64,000 nucleotides of DNA from an uncultured Clostridia bacterium (GTDB lineage: Bacteria; Bacillota; Clostridia; TANB77; CAG-508). Position 1 is the first letter of the stretch; each line of letters begins with the position of its first letter. A program made the translations under genes and the position numbers. Positions 1 through 13,600 of this stretch are shown here, in pieces. The notes under the pieces are model-generated. The model was not told the DNA's origin. It was given only the letters and a program-made list of their open reading frames with translations, and searched no databases. The stretch lies in contig CALYAM010000002.1 in NCBI GenBank assembly GCA_944393565.1, forward strand, positions 129,992 through 193,991, given 5' to 3'.

Positions 1-131
1 TTTCAACTTGTTTAGGTTTTTTACATTTATATTACAAAAAAATATATTTCAATTTGTGAATACTTTTTCTTAATATTATTTCGAAAATTGTATACAAAAA
101 AAACAGCTTACGCTGTAAGCTGTTTTTTTAC

Positions 132-1931
132 TTATTCTTCAAAAATCGCTGCAAATTCATCTCCATCGATTTTTTCTTTTTCCAAAAGTATTCCTGCCAC
201 TGTATGAAGTTTATCAATATTTTGGCTTAAAAGATATTCTGCTGTTTTGTAAGCCTTGTCTATAATATTTTTTACCTCTTCATCTATAATTCCAGCTGTT
301 TCCTCACTAAAGTTCTTTTGCTGAGTAAAATCTCTTCCTAAAAATACTTCTTCTTGATTTGATCCAAATGTGATTGTTCCAAGTCTTGGACTCATTCCAT
401 AACGTGTAACCATATCCCTGGCAATCTTAGATGCTCTTTCAATGTCGTTGCTTGCACCTGTTGATATGTCATTTAGCACTAAGCTTTCTGCCACTCTTCC
501 CCCAAGTAAAGATACAATAGTTTCTTCCATTTCTGATTTTGACATAAATGATTTATCTTCTGTTGGGCGATACATTGTATATCCTCCTGCCATTCCTCTT
601 GGTACAATGGATATTTGGTGAACTGGATCTTGTGTAGGTAAAAATCTGCTCACTATCGCATGGCCAGCCTCATGATATGCCACTAGTTTATTTTCCTTTT
701 CGCTTCTTACTCTTGTTTTCTTTTCTGGTCCCATTGTTACTTTCACCATCGCATCTTCTATTTCTGTCATTCCTATTACATTCTTATTTCTTCTAGCTGC
801 TAAAAGTGCCGCTTCATTTAATACATTTTCTAAATCTGCACCAGAAAAGCCTGATGTGTTTTTTGCAATTATTTTTAGGTCAACATCATCACCTATTTTT
901 TTCTTTCTCGCGTGTACTTCTAAAATTTGCTCCCTTGCCCTTACATCTGGGGAAGATACAACAATTTGTCTGTCAAATCTTCCTGGTCTTAGAAGTGCTT
1001 TATCTAATACATCTGGTCTATTTGTTGCTGCAAGTACAATAACTCCTTCATTAGTAGCAAATCCATCCATTTCTACTAATAATTGGTTTAATGTCTGCTC
1101 TCTTTCATCGTGTCCACCACCAAGACCTGCTCCTCTTTGCCTTCCTACTGCATCAATTTCATCTATAAATATAATACATGGTGCATTTCTTTTTGCTTGT
1201 TCAAATAAATCCCTCACACGTGATGCACCAACACCAACAAACATTTCTACAAAGTCAGAACCACTTATAATAAAAAATGGAACTCCAGCTTCTCCTGCTA
1301 CAGCTTTGGCCAATAATGTTTTTCCTGTACCTGGGTGCCCAACTAGTAAAACTCCTTTTGGAATTCTAGCTCCCATGTCAGTAAATTTTCTTGGTGATTT
1401 TAAGAATTCTACAATTTCTTGTAGCTCTTCTTTTTCCTCATCTACACCTGCTACATCATCAAATGTTATTTTATTTCTATCTGCAGGTGTCATCATTCTT
1501 GCCTTGCTTTTGCCAAATGACATTGTCTTATTTCCACCTTGGCCTTGCCCCATAAGCAAAAACCAAAAGATAATCATTATAATTACAATTCCAAATGGTG
1601 AAAGTAAGCTTAAAACTGTAATTAAAATAGATTCTGTTTTTTCTGTAAGTACAATTTCTCCATTTATTAAGCGTTCTTGAATATAATCCATAAAACTATC
1701 TTTGCTAGGAATGTTTACTGTTTTTTGCTTAGATGATTCTTTTGTTGTCACATATGCTTCTTTTCCATTAGCCTCAATTTCAATCTCACTTATTTCGCCA
1801 TTTTCAATTTTTGTAACAAGTTCTGAATATGCCATTTTATTGTCTGAATTATCAATAATGCTAGTTAGCAATGCAATAAAAATAATTCCTCCAACTAGCC
1901 ACATGGCCAAGCTTTTTAAACTACTCTTCAA
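132..1931 (-). CDS. ftsH: ATP-dependent zinc metalloprotease FtsH
   Basis: N-terminal TM segments; Walker A motif GHPGTGKT; AAA second region; zinc-binding HEAGHA motif; 599 aa. Confidence 0.95.
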   Translation of the reverse strand: MKSSLKSLAMWLVGGIIFIALLTSIIDNSDNKMAYSELVTKIENGEISEIEIEANGKEAYVTTKESSKQKTVNIPSKDSFMDYIQERLINGEIVLTEKTESILITVLSLLSPFGIVIIMIIFWFLLMGQGQGGNKTMSFGKSKARMMTPADRNKITFDDVAGVDEEKEELQEIVEFLKSPRKFTDMGARIPKGVLLVGHPGTGKTLLAKAVAGEAGVPFFIISGSDFVEMFVGVGASRVRDLFEQAKRNAPCIIFIDEIDAVGRQRGAGLGGGHDEREQTLNQLLVEMDGFATNEGVIVLAATNRPDVLDKALLRPGRFDRQIVVSSPDVRAREQILEVHARKKKIGDDVDLKIIAKNTSGFSGADLENVLNEAALLAARRNKNVIGMTEIEDAMVKVTMGPEKKTRVRSEKENKLVAYHEAGHAIVSRFLPTQDPVHQISIVPRGMAGGYTMYRPTEDKSFMSKSEMEETIVSLLGGRVAESLVLNDISTGASNDIERASKIARDMVTRYGMSPRLGTITFGSNQEEVFLGRDFTQQKNFSEETAGIIDEEVKNIIDKAYKTAEYLLSQNIDKLHTVAGILLEKEKIDGDEFAAIFEE

Positions 1932-2050
1932 TATTTTGTCCTCCTATATTTGATTTCTTATATACATATACCATAATCATTTTGTAAAATCAATTATTTT
2001 TCTATAACATTTTTATTTCATACTAAGCGGTTTTTATTGTTCTTACGGAA

Positions 2051-3034
2051 TTAAATCTTTTCAAACACTATACTTTTATTTTTTATACTTATCTTTATTT
2101 TTTTGTTTGGTGTCAGAAATTTATTTCCTATATTTCTTTTGCATAAAGTTATAATATCCTCTATATTTATATTTTGTATTCCTAAAGTGTTTCCTAATAT
2201 TCTATCAATAGTATATCGCACTATACTTTTTTTTATTACTTTTTCTAATAAGTTAAACTTTCTTAAATCTAATATTATTTTGTTTTCATATTCGTTTTTT
2301 AGCACTTCTATATATGCATTTTGCGTTTGTTTTTCTATATATTTTGATTCCTCTTTTGCAATTTGAGATAATCTATTAACAGTTTTTACAAAATTAGGAT
2401 TAAATTCTTTTTCTACATATGGAATTACAACATTTCTTATTTTATTCCTTTGATATATTAATTCAACATTAGATTCATCTCTGCATGGGTTTAATTTGTT
2501 TTCAATACAATATTTTTCTATTTCATCTCTTGAAATATTTATTAGCGGTCTTATTATGTTATTATTTTTAATTTCGATTCCTTTAAGTCCTGTTATACCC
2601 GTCCCTCTGATTATATTAAGTAAAATTGTTTCTGCATTGTCATTTGCATTATGGGCAGTTGCAATCTTATTAGATTTTGTTTTGTGCATTATTTCATTAA
2701 AGTAGTCATACCTTACCTTTCTTCCTGCTTCTTCTGTTCCCATTCTTTCTTGTTTTGCAATGTTTTCTACTTTTACACGTTTTATAAATACAGGTATATT
2801 GTTTTTTTTGCAGTAGTTTTCCACATATTCTTCATCTAAAATACTTTTTGGTCGTATCATATGGTTAATATGTGCAACACATATTTCAAATAAAAGTCCC
2901 TGTTTTTTCAATCTTTCAAGAATATGTAAAAGGCAAATCGAATCTGGTCCACCTGATACTCCAACTACGATTTTATCTTTGGGTTCTATTAGGTTCTCTT
3001 CCTCTATTACTTTTTTTACTTTATCTATTAACAT
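2051..3034 (-). CDS. tilS: tRNA(Ile)-lysidine synthetase
   Basis: PP-loop motif SGGPDS near N-terminus; 327 aa; lies next to ftsH, as is typical. Confidence 0.85.
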   Translation of the reverse strand: MLIDKVKKVIEEENLIEPKDKIVVGVSGGPDSICLLHILERLKKQGLLFEICVAHINHMIRPKSILDEEYVENYCKKNNIPVFIKRVKVENIAKQERMGTEEAGRKVRYDYFNEIMHKTKSNKIATAHNANDNAETILLNIIRGTGITGLKGIEIKNNNIIRPLINISRDEIEKYCIENKLNPCRDESNVELIYQRNKIRNVVIPYVEKEFNPNFVKTVNRLSQIAKEESKYIEKQTQNAYIEVLKNEYENKIILDLRKFNLLEKVIKKSIVRYTIDRILGNTLGIQNINIEDIITLCKRNIGNKFLTPNKKIKISIKNKSIVFEKI

Positions 3035-3048
3035 ATTTTCCCCTATTT

Positions 3049-4389
3049 TTAGCCTCTATATTTTTCTATATTAGCAAATTTAGTATAGTTATTGAGCCAT
3101 AAGAGTTCCACTGTGCCTGTTGAACCGCTTCTATGCTTTGCTATAATTACTTCTGCCACGTTTTTCTTCTCTGTATCTGGATTGTAGTAGTCATCTCTAT
3201 ACAAAAACATAACAATATCGGCATCTTGCTCTATTGCACCTGATTCTCTTAAGTCAGATAACATTGGTCTATGATCTTGCCTTTGCTCTGCGGCTCTTGA
3301 TAGCTGTGATAATGCCACTACTGGTACATTAAGCTCTTTTGCAAGTATTTTCAGAGATCTACTAATTTCTGAAATTTCTTGTTCTCTGCTTGCTCCTTTT
3401 TTTCCTGTTCCTTGTATTAGTTGTAAATAGTCAATAATTACTAATCCTATATTTTTTTCAATTTTTAATTTCCTACACTTTGCTCTAATTTCCATTATTG
3501 ATATCCCTGGTGTGTCATCTACATAAATTGGTGCCTCTGAAAGTGGCCCTAATGCAGTAGCAAGTTTAAGCCAATCTGCTTCTTCTATTTTCCCTGTTCT
3601 TACTTTCTGGCTATCTACCATTGCTTCACTACATAATATACGGTTTACCATTTGCTCTTTAGACATTTCAAGTCCAAACACAATAACCGGCATGTTTGCT
3701 CTTATAGCAGCATTTGCCGCTATATTAAGTGCAAAAGCAGATTTACCCATAGCAGGACGTGCCGCAATTAGGATTAAATCTGATTCGTGTAATCCTGATG
3801 TAATTTGATCTAAATCCGCAAAACCTGTTGGTATTCCTGTAACATAGCCTTTTTGATTATATAATTTTTCAATTTCCGCAAACGTATCTATTAATACATC
3901 TTTTATAGGAGTATAGCCTTTTTGATTTTTTTTTTGCATAATATCAAAAATCTTTTTTTCTGCCACATCCATAATATTATCCACTTCTTCTGTTTGGCTG
4001 TAACCTAATGTGATAATATCATTTGATACTTTTATTAAATTCCTTAATATAGATTTTTCTTCTACGATTTTTATATAATGCTCAACATTTGAAGTTGTTG
4101 GTACTTTATCAGGTAATCCTGCTAAATATTCTATACCACCTACAAATTCAAATCTACCATTTTCAACAAGTTCTGCTTTTACTGTAATAATATCTATTGG
4201 CTCTGGTTTAGCATATAAGCTTAGTATCGCTTCATATATAGCTTTATTGTCTTCCCTATAAAAATCTTCTGGTTTTAGTACTTCTATTGCGCTAACAACT
4301 GCATCTTTGTCTGTAAGCATACTCCCTAATACTGCTTGCTCTGCTTCTATATCATGTGGCGGTATTTTTCCGAAGCTCCATATGAACAC
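3049..4389 (-). CDS. dnaB: replicative DNA helicase DnaB
   Basis: DnaB N-terminal domain; Walker A GKSAF; conserved IIDYLQLI motif; 446 aa. Confidence 0.93.
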   Translation of the reverse strand: MFIWSFGKIPPHDIEAEQAVLGSMLTDKDAVVSAIEVLKPEDFYREDNKAIYEAILSLYAKPEPIDIITVKAELVENGRFEFVGGIEYLAGLPDKVPTTSNVEHYIKIVEEKSILRNLIKVSNDIITLGYSQTEEVDNIMDVAEKKIFDIMQKKNQKGYTPIKDVLIDTFAEIEKLYNQKGYVTGIPTGFADLDQITSGLHESDLILIAARPAMGKSAFALNIAANAAIRANMPVIVFGLEMSKEQMVNRILCSEAMVDSQKVRTGKIEEADWLKLATALGPLSEAPIYVDDTPGISIMEIRAKCRKLKIEKNIGLVIIDYLQLIQGTGKKGASREQEISEISRSLKILAKELNVPVVALSQLSRAAEQRQDHRPMLSDLRESGAIEQDADIVMFLYRDDYYNPDTEKKNVAEVIIAKHRSGSTGTVELLWLNNYTKFANIEKYRG

Positions 4390-4414
4390 ACCCTTTCCAT
4401 CTCTATACGTAAAC

Positions 4415-4861
4415 TTATAAAGGCTCTACATTAATTGCTAGCTTTCCTGTTACTCCTTCATATAGTTTTATTTCTACTGAAAATCTTCCAAGAATTTTTA
4501 TCGTTTCTGGTAATAAAATTCTTTTTTTATCAATTTCAATATTATGTTTTTCTTTAAGTACTTCAGAAATTTCTTTTGATGTTATTCCTCCAAATATTTT
4601 TCCGTTTTCACCTGCTTTTACCCTCAATTCTAAGGTTAATCCACTTATTTTGGCTGCTTGCTCTTTTGCTTTCTCTAGTTCTTGCTCTTTTCTATATGCT
4701 TCTGAATCTTTTTTTTCCTTAAGTTTTGCTAGATTTTCTTTGTTTGCTTCTACTGCTAGTTGTTTTGGAAACAAAAAATTTCTTGCATAGCCATCGTTTG
4801 CATTTATAATGTCATCTTTTCTCCCAACACCTTTTATATCAGTTTTTAGTATAACTTTCAT
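4415..4861 (-). CDS. rplI: 50S ribosomal protein L9
   Basis: MKVILKTDIKGVGRKDDI... is a typical L9 N-terminus; 148 aa; follows gdpP as in other Firmicutes. Confidence 0.93.
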   Translation of the reverse strand: MKVILKTDIKGVGRKDDIINANDGYARNFLFPKQLAVEANKENLAKLKEKKDSEAYRKEQELEKAKEQAAKISGLTLELRVKAGENGKIFGGITSKEISEVLKEKHNIEIDKKRILLPETIKILGRFSVEIKLYEGVTGKLAINVEPL

Positions 4862-4873
4862 AGTATACCTCCT

Positions 4874-6878
4874 TTAACTTATTTCCGTAAAATATTCGTT
4901 TATGCGAATTATTAATTCTTGTTTTACTTCTTCTACGCTCATACCTTCAACTTGGGCTCCAGCAAGCGTAATATGACCGCCACCTCCGAAGTTTTTCTAA
5001 AATTACTTGTACATTAATGTCTCCTATTGATCTACCACTAATACAAACTTTTTCTCCTAAATTACCAATTACAAAAGATGCTGTTATATCACTAATTGTA
5101 AGTAGCTCATCAGCGGCTTTTGCACATATAACTCCTGTGTCTTTATCTTGTTTATCATATATAGAAATTCCTATACTGCCATTTATTATTTCTGCATTTC
5201 TTACAATTTCTGATATTATATTATAGCTTTCTAAATCGCTTTGAAACCATTTTTTTACTTTAATAATGTCTACTCCGCATTTTCTAAGGTATGCTGCCGC
5301 CTCGAAAGTTCTTACTCCTGTCTTAAAAGTAAAGTTCTTTGTATCTACCATTATTCCTGCATATAAAGCCTCAGTTTCTATTTCTAAAAGCTTTACTTCC
5401 TTTTCACAATATTGTAATATTTCTATGACAAGCTCTGCAGCAGATGATGCATATACTTCATGAAATGTAAGCGTTGGATTTTCAATAAATTCTGTACTTT
5501 TTCTGTGGTGATCTATAACAACAATTTTAGATGTTAGTTCTAATAGCTCTGGTACTTCTACATATGTTTTTTTATGAGTATCTACTATTATTAATAGGGT
5601 CTCTTTTCCAGTCTTTTGAATAGCCTCTGCTTTTGTTATAATTACATTTTTGTATTCTTCATTTTTTGTTAGGGTTTCCATAAACGTTGTTAGTGCTTGT
5701 CCTGATGCATTATCTACTATGTTTGCTTCTTTATTTAAGGTTTTAGCGAGTCTATATATACCAAGACTTGATCCCATAGAATCAATGTCTCCATTTGTAT
5801 GGCCCATGATAATAACATTTGATGATGCAATGATTAATTCTTCTAATGCCTGTGAAATAATTCTTGCTTTTACCTTTGTACGTTTTTCTATTTCTTGCGT
5901 TCTGCCACCATAAAAAACATATCTGCCATTCTCTCTAATGACTGCTTGATCTCCTCCACGTCCTAATGCTATATCCAAAGCAGAAAGAGCAGATTTATAT
6001 TTAGCATAATTACTTTCTCCTTCTTCTGATATAGCAATACTTACTGTTAATTGTTGTCTTCCTTCAATTTTTATTTCCTTTATCGTATCTAATATACTAA
6101 ATTTACTATTTTCTATTTGTTCTAAATAGCCTCTTTCAAAAACATATACAAATGTGTCCCTTTCTGTTTTAGTAATTAAGCCTCCTGTTAATTTCGCCCA
6201 ATCATATATTGTTTTTTCTAGACTTGCTATCATTTGTGGTCTTGCTTCTGCCGATATTCTTTGAATTATTTCTTCATAATTATCTACCATTATTATTCCA
6301 ACACATGTTTGTGAGCTTATATACTTAGAATAAAGCTCTATATTTTCTGTGTTATCTATGAAGTATAATGTCATCATATATTCATTGTTTTTTCCTTTTT
6401 TGCTTTTTACATATTCTCCTAGCACTTTGTATGTTTTTTTTCCTATCTTTATTTGTTTCATAATGCTTCGTTTTTCTTCATTAGAATGTACTATTTCTTG
6501 CTTTACCTCTTTTACAATTTCATCTAAATAAGAATTAATATCTGTACTGTTAAATTCATCAACGAATTTTGAACTTTTCCATATTATATTTCCATCTGTT
6601 TCTAATATAACAAGTGGGAATGGTGAATTAATTAAAGTGTTTTTTGCAGCAGAGTTTACATCTCCAATAAGCTCATGAATATGGTTTGAAATCTCTGCTT
6701 TTCTTTTTTTATCTACTTGATATGAGTACATTATAATTGCAAGAAATATAATTATAGCAAAAACGATAAATTTTGGCTCATATGCACAAAGCACAATTAA
6801 TAAAATTGCAATAATTACAATGTATATTTTTGTTCTTGACATAAGATTTTCAATTACTTTTCTATTTTGGTTTGGCAT
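4874..6878 (-). CDS. gdpP: cyclic-di-AMP phosphodiesterase GdpP (DHH/DHHA1 family), disrupted by a +1 shift at an in-frame CGG
   Basis: Two N-terminal TM helices, PAS/GGDEF-like middle, DHH motif. The ORF-track frame (4947..6878) ends in nonsense (LRRWRSYYACWSPS). The +1 frame continues with the conserved GGGGHITLAGAQVEGMSVEEVKQELI... to a TAA at 4874, just upstream of the rplI ribosome binding site. The shift is at codon CGG (plus-strand ccg 4986-4988), context cttCGGAggtggc. Confidence 0.8.
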
Positions 6879-6902
6879 AAAATCCCCCTTAATACACTTA
6901 TA

Positions 6903-6931
6903 ATTTTATCTTGAAATATACTTATTGTCAA
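6903..6931 (-). promoter_or_regulatory. sigma-A-like promoter for gdpP-rplI-dnaB (TTGACA-N17-TAAAAT on the minus strand)
   Basis: Reverse complement reads ttgacaataagtatatttcaagaTAAAAT, about 30 nt upstream of the gdpP ribosome binding site aagggggat. Confidence 0.5.
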
Positions 6932-7007
6932 GTATCCACGGGCTTATAGTAAAGGAGGTACGTTTTTCTTTGTACCCCCTTTTTTCATTTAATATAATAA
7001 TATAGCT

Positions 7008-10000
7008 TTATTCTTGTGAATATGCTCCTTTTTCTGTATCTTCAGTTTCTTCTTTTTCAGTACTTATATGTGTATTTCGATATAAGTTCATGCCTGTTCC
7101 TGCTGGTATTAGCTTTCCGATTATTACGTTTTCTTTTAACCCAATTAAATTATCTACTTTTCCCTTTACTGCAGCTTCTGTAAGCACCCTTGTTGTTTCT
7201 TGGAATGATGCAGCTGATAAAAAGCTTTCTGTTGCAAGAGACGCTTTTGTTATTCCGAGTAGTGCTCTTCTTCCAGTAGCTAGTTGCTTTCCTTCTGCAC
7301 GCATTTGTTCATTTAATTCTTCAAATTCATTAATATCTATTAGCGAACCTGGTAATAATGACGTGTCTCCTCCATCTTCAATCTTAATTCTTTTTAGCAT
7401 TTGTCTTCCTATTACTTCAATATGTTTGTCATTAATGTCAACACCTTGATTTCTATATACTTTTTGCACCTCAGATATTAAGTAATCATATACTCCTTCT
7501 GCTCCATTAATACTCAATATATCATTTGGATTAATAGAACCTTCTGTAATTGGGTCTCCGGCTTGTATTTCATCTCCATCTTTTACTTTTAATTTAGATC
7601 CAAAGCTTACTACATATGTTTTGCTATCATCTCCGCTTGTAACTGTTACTTCTTTTCTCTTTTTGCTATCGTTAACACTAATCCTTCCTGCTATTTCAGA
7701 TATAATTGCAAGTCCTTTTGGTTTTCTTGCTTCAAATAGTTCTTCAACTCTAGGAAGACCTTGAGTGATATCTCCTCCAGCTACACCACCATTATGTATT
7801 GTTCTCATTGTAAGCTGAGTTCCAGGCTCTCCAATTGATTGTGCTGCAATAATACCTATCGCTTCTCCTATGTTTACTTTTTCTCTTGTAGCAAGCCCCA
7901 TACCATAGCATTTTGAGCAAACACCGTGTTTTGTCTTGCAGCCCAATACTGAACGAACCTTTACTTTTTCAATTCCAGCTTCAATAATTTTATCAGCAAT
8001 TTTGTCTGTAATTATAGTGTTAGTATCCACAATTAATTCACCTGTTTGTGGATTAATTATATCTTCTAGTGGATATCTTCCTTCTAGTCTTTCACTCATT
8101 TTTTCTATAATTTGATTTCCATCTTTTATATCTTGTACAACGATTCCGTCATGAGTATTGCAATCGTCTTCTCTTACTATTATGTCTTGGCTTACATCTA
8201 CAAGCCTTCTCGTTAAATAACCTGAATCTGCTGTTCTTAATGCTGTATCTGCAAGTCCCTTTCTTGCACCATGTGAAGAAATAAAATATTCCAATACATC
8301 TAATCCTTCACGGAAACACGATTTAATTGGTATCTCAACTGTTTTTCCAGTTGTACTTGCCATTAGTCCTCTCATTCCTGCAATTTGACGTAATTGACTC
8401 ATATTTCCTCTCGCTCCAGATTGTGCCATCATGTATATAGGGTTTAAATCATCAAAATTACTTCTCATTGCCTCTGCTACATCGTTTGTTGCCTTTTCCC
8501 AAATTTTAATAACTTGGTTATAACGTTCATCATTCGTTATAAGTCCACGTTTGTATTGTTTTGATACTTCTTCAACTTCTTTATCTGCATTTGCCAAAAT
8601 ATCTTTTTTTGCCTCTGGTACTGCAACATCTGCAACAGATACTGTAATTGCACCTATTGTAGAATAATGGTAACCTGTTGATTTAATATAGTCAAGAAGC
8701 TCCGCTGTTCTAGATAATCCATGTACATTAATACATTTTGCAACTATTTTTGCAATATTCTTTTTAATAACTGGAAAATTTATTTCAGGCTCAAACGCAT
8801 TCTCAAGATTACTTCTGTCTACAAATCCTAAATCTTGTGGTATGCCTTTATTATATATTAGTCTTCCTACTGTTGTTTGTACTGCTTTAGTTTGAATTTT
8901 GCCATTTATTTCTTTGCTAATTCTTACTTTTATCTTCGCATGTAATCCTAAGTCTCCATTTTGATACGCCATAAGTGCTTCATCTTCATCTTTTAAGTAC
9001 ATGCCTTCTCCCTTTTCGTTTGGAGCATCCATTGTTAAGTAATAACTTCCTAATATCATATCTTGTGTAGGAACTGTTACTGGTTTTCCGTCCTGTGGCT
9101 TCAATAGGTTGTTAACAGATAGCATTAGAAATCTCGCTTCTGCTTGTGCTTCTGGTGATAATGGAACATGTATTGCCATCTGGTCTCCATCAAAGTCAGC
9201 ATTAAATGCTGTACATACTAATGGATGCAATTTTATTGCTCTACCTTCCACAAGTACTGGTTCAAAAGCTTGAATTCCAAGCCTATGTAAAGTTGGTGCA
9301 CGGTTCAGCATTACAGGGTGATCGTGTATTACCTCTTCTAATATATCCCATACTTCTGGTCTTAATCTTTCCACCATTCTTTTTGCATTTTTTATATTGT
9401 GAGCTATCCCTCTTCCAACTAACTCTTTCATAACAAATGGCTTAAATAATTCTATCGCCATTTCCTTAGGTACTCCACATTGATAAATCTTAAGCTCAGG
9501 TCCGACTACAATAACAGAACGTCCTGAATAATCAACTCTTTTACCTAACAAGTTTTGGCGAAAACGTCCTTGTTTTCCCTTTAGCATGTCTGAAAGTGAT
9601 TTTAAAGGTCTATTTCCTGCTCCTGTTACAGGTCTTCCACGCCTTGAATTATCTATAAGTGCATCTACTGATTCTTGTAACATTCTTTTTTCATTTCTTA
9701 CAATTATTTCTGGTGCGCCTAATTCTAATAATCTTTTCAAACGATTATTTCTGTTTATTACTCTACGATATAAATCATTTAGGTCTGATGTTGCAAACCT
9801 TCCTCCATCTAGTTGTACCATTGGTCTTAGTTCAGGTGGTATAACAGGTATTACATTCATAATCATCCATTCTGGTTTGTTTCCAGAAATTCTAAATGCT
9901 TCTACCGTATCTAATCTTTTGATAATTTTTACCTTTTTTTGTTCGCTTGCATTTTTTAATTCCTTTTTTAGCTTTTCAGATAGTTTTTCTATGTCTATTT

Positions 10001-10544
10001 CTGATAATAATTTATGGATTGCTCCTGCACCCATTTCAGCTTTAAAAGAACCTCTGCCATATTTTTCTTCGGCTTCATGGTATTCTTTTTCCGTCAATAC
10101 TTGGCATTTTGTAAGTCCAGTTGTGCCTTTGTCTGTTACTATGTAAGATGCAAAATATATTACTTTTTCAAGGCTTCTTGGTGATATATCTAGTACTAAT
10201 GCAATTCTACTTGGTATTCCCTTAAAATACCAAATGTGTGCAACAGGTGCTGCAAGTTCAATGTGTCCCATTCTTTCGCGTCTAACCTTTGATTTTGTTA
10301 CTTCCACACCGCATCTATCACATACAATTCCTTTGTAGCGAACTCTCTTATATTTGCCACAATGGCATTCCCAATCTTTTGTAGGTCCAAATATTTTTTC
10401 GCAAAATAGTCCATCTTTTTCCGGTTTTAAAGTACGGTAATTAATTGTTTCCGGTTTCTTTACTTCTCCTTTTGACCATTCACGAATTTTTTCATCGGAT
10501 GCAAGTCCGATTTTAATTTTATCAAACATGTCTAATTCGTCCAT
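7008..10544 (-). CDS. rpoC: DNA-directed RNA polymerase subunit beta'
   Basis: 1178 aa; NADFDGD catalytic motif; zinc-binding Cys cluster at the N-terminus. Confidence 0.97.
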   Translation of the reverse strand: MDELDMFDKIKIGLASDEKIREWSKGEVKKPETINYRTLKPEKDGLFCEKIFGPTKDWECHCGKYKRVRYKGIVCDRCGVEVTKSKVRRERMGHIELAAPVAHIWYFKGIPSRIALVLDISPRSLEKVIYFASYIVTDKGTTGLTKCQVLTEKEYHEAEEKYGRGSFKAEMGAGAIHKLLSEIDIEKLSEKLKKELKNASEQKKVKIIKRLDTVEAFRISGNKPEWMIMNVIPVIPPELRPMVQLDGGRFATSDLNDLYRRVINRNNRLKRLLELGAPEIIVRNEKRMLQESVDALIDNSRRGRPVTGAGNRPLKSLSDMLKGKQGRFRQNLLGKRVDYSGRSVIVVGPELKIYQCGVPKEMAIELFKPFVMKELVGRGIAHNIKNAKRMVERLRPEVWDILEEVIHDHPVMLNRAPTLHRLGIQAFEPVLVEGRAIKLHPLVCTAFNADFDGDQMAIHVPLSPEAQAEARFLMLSVNNLLKPQDGKPVTVPTQDMILGSYYLTMDAPNEKGEGMYLKDEDEALMAYQNGDLGLHAKIKVRISKEINGKIQTKAVQTTVGRLIYNKGIPQDLGFVDRSNLENAFEPEINFPVIKKNIAKIVAKCINVHGLSRTAELLDYIKSTGYHYSTIGAITVSVADVAVPEAKKDILANADKEVEEVSKQYKRGLITNDERYNQVIKIWEKATNDVAEAMRSNFDDLNPIYMMAQSGARGNMSQLRQIAGMRGLMASTTGKTVEIPIKSCFREGLDVLEYFISSHGARKGLADTALRTADSGYLTRRLVDVSQDIIVREDDCNTHDGIVVQDIKDGNQIIEKMSERLEGRYPLEDIINPQTGELIVDTNTIITDKIADKIIEAGIEKVKVRSVLGCKTKHGVCSKCYGMGLATREKVNIGEAIGIIAAQSIGEPGTQLTMRTIHNGGVAGGDITQGLPRVEELFEARKPKGLAIISEIAGRISVNDSKKRKEVTVTSGDDSKTYVVSFGSKLKVKDGDEIQAGDPITEGSINPNDILSINGAEGVYDYLISEVQKVYRNQGVDINDKHIEVIGRQMLKRIKIEDGGDTSLLPGSLIDINEFEELNEQMRAEGKQLATGRRALLGITKASLATESFLSAASFQETTRVLTEAAVKGKVDNLIGLKENVIIGKLIPAGTGMNLYRNTHISTEKEETEDTEKGAYSQE

Positions 10545-10684
10545 TTAGAAGGAGCCCCCTTTCAAACTTTTGCCATTCTTTTTTGTAATATATATGTTTT
10601 TGTTATATACTCTGCTGTACATTTTTTTTGCTTTAAACTAAAAACATATATATTACTGGTAAAGTTTAAAACCTATATATTAAA

Positions 10685-13600
10685 TTATTCTTCATCATCT
10701 AGTATGTCGTCATCATTTAGTAAATTTTCTTCTGCTAAATCATTATCACTAACTTCTTCATATATGTAGTCTTCTATAATGTCTTCATCATCGTCTAAAA
10801 CATCTTCATCATCTACATCTGTGTTTAACTCTTCCATGTCGTCTGTGCCGATTGCTAGTTCTTCTGGGTCCACTTTGTTTTCATCTAAATTTAAGTCTAT
10901 TCCTTCGTCAATATTTTCTTTTAATTCTAGCTCTTTGTTATCTTCTGAATACAAACGTACATCTAATCCCAAACTTTGAAGTTCTTTTACTAAAACTTTA
11001 AAGCTTTCTGGAACACCTGGCTCTGGAACATTTTCGCCTTTTACAATTGATTCGTATGTTTTTACTCTTCCAACTACATCATCTGATTTTACTGTTAATA
11101 TTTCTTGAAGAGTATAAGCTGCTCCATATGCTTCTAATGCCCAAACTTCCATCTCACCAAAACGTTGTCCACCGAATTGGGCCTTTCCGCCTAGTGGTTG
11201 TTGTGTAACTAATGAGTATGGTCCAGTTGAACGCGCATGTATTTTGTCATCTACTAGGTGGTGTAATTTTAGCATATACATAACACCAACAGTAATTGGC
11301 TTATCAAATGGTTCTCCTGTTCTTCCATCATAGAGAATGGTTTTTCCGTTTTTTTCTAAACCTGCTTGTTCTAGTAAATCTTCAATTTCTTCTTCTGAAG
11401 CTCCATCAAATACAGGTGTAGATACTTTCCAACCTAGCATTCTTGCTGCTGCACCTAAATGTACTTCAAGAACTTGCCCTAAGTTCATTCGTGATGGAAC
11501 GCCAAGTGGGTTTAAAACAACATCTACTGGAGTTCCGTCTGGCATAAATGGCATATCTTCTACTGGTAATATACGTGAAATTACACCTTTGTTTCCATGT
11601 CGTCCTGCCATTTTATCTCCAACTGAGATTTTTCTTTTTTGTGCAATATATACACGAATAACTTGGTTTACCCCAGGTCCTAATTCGTCTGAATTACTTC
11701 TGTCAAAGATTTTGACATCAACAATGGTTCCTTGTTCTCCATGAGGTACTCTAAGTGATGTATCCCTTACTTCTCTCGCTTTTTCTCCAAAGATAGCTCT
11801 TAGCAATCTTTCTTCTGACGTAAGTTCAGTTTCGCCCTTTGGAGTTACTTTTCCTACTAAAATATCTCCTGGTCTTACTTCAGCACCAATACGTATAATT
11901 CCATCTTCGTTTAAATCCCTTAGACTATCTTCCCCTACATTTGGTATGTCTCTTGTAATTTCTTCAGGTCCAAGTTTTGTGTCACGACATTCACAATCAT
12001 ACTCTTCAATATGTATAGATGTATATACATCTTCTTTTACCAGTCTTTCACTAAGTAATATGGCATCTTCATAGTTATAGCCTTCCCATGTTGTAAATGC
12101 AATTAATACATTTTTGCCAAGTGCCATTTCTCCATTTTGGGTAGAAGGTCCATCTGCAATAACCTCCCCTTTTATAACTTTTTCTCCTAATTTTACAATT
12201 GGTCTTTGGTTAATGCATGTTCCTCCATTTGTCCTTTTAAATTTACGTAGCTTATATGTATCCGTATTTCCATTTGTGTTTTTTATTATAATCTCATTTC
12301 CTGTTACTTTTTGTACTGTTCCAGATTCTTTTGCATTTATAGTAATTCCAGAATCTATTGCAGCTCTATACTCTACACCTGTTCCTACTATTGGAGATTC
12401 TGTCATCATTAATGGAACGGCTTGACGTTGCATGTTTGCTCCCATTAAAGCACGTTTTGCGTCGTCATGTTCCAAGAAAGGAATCATTGCAGCACCAATG
12501 GATACTAGTTGTTTAGGTGATACGTCGATATAATCTACTCGTTCTGGCTCGACATCTGTAACTTCATCTAGATATCTTACTTTTATACGCTTATTTATAA
12601 ATTTTCCATTTTCGTCCATTGGCTCTGTAGCCTGTGCAATAACATAGCCATCTTCTTCATCAGCTGTCATATATTCTACTTTATCTGTAACTTTATGTGT
12701 TTTAGGATCTATTTTTCTGTATGGTGTTTCTATAAATCCGTATTCATTAATCATTGCATAACTTGTAAGCGCTGAAATTAACCCAATATTAGGTCCTTCA
12801 GGTGATTCAATTGGACAAAGTCTTCCATAATGTGTATAGTGAATATCTCTAACCTCAAAGCCGGCTCTTTCTCTTGATAGACCTCCAGGGCCCAAAGCCG
12901 AAATTCTTCTTTTATGTGTTAATTCAGAAAGTGGATTAGTTTGATCCATAAATTGTGATAATTGCGAACTTCCAAAAAATTCACGAATTGCTGAAGATAT
13001 AGGTTTTGTATTTATTAGAGTTTGAGGTGTAATAACATCTAAGTCTTGTATTGTCATTCTCTCTCGAACAACTCTTTCTAGTCTTGTAAGACCTATGCGG
13101 AATTGATTTTGTAACAGTTCCCCAACAGAACGAATACGTCTATTTCCTAAGTGGTCTATATCATCTACTTTTCCTAAACCATATTGTAGGTTTATCAAAT
13201 AATTAACTGATGAAATGATATCTTCTGTTGTTATGTGTTTTGGTACTAGTTCTCCAATTCTATCCTTTATTGTTTTGTTTAATTCTTTTTTGTCTGTATT
13301 GTCAAGAATATTTTTTAGTACTTCATAGTTAACGTTTTCTTTTATGGTAATTCCATCTAATACTTTTTCATCAACAAAGCTATGAATATCAACAGTTCCG
13401 TTTCCTATAATTCGAATTTTTTTATCATTTACCTTTACATCAACTATATTAATTCCTGTATTTTGGATTTCTCTTGCTTGCTCTTTTGTGATTTGGGCGT
13501 CTTTTTCCACAATTACTTCTCCTGTTTCTGGATTAGCAATAGTTTCAAATGCAATTTTTCCGCTAATTCTATTTGCTAAGCATAGTTTTTTATTATATTT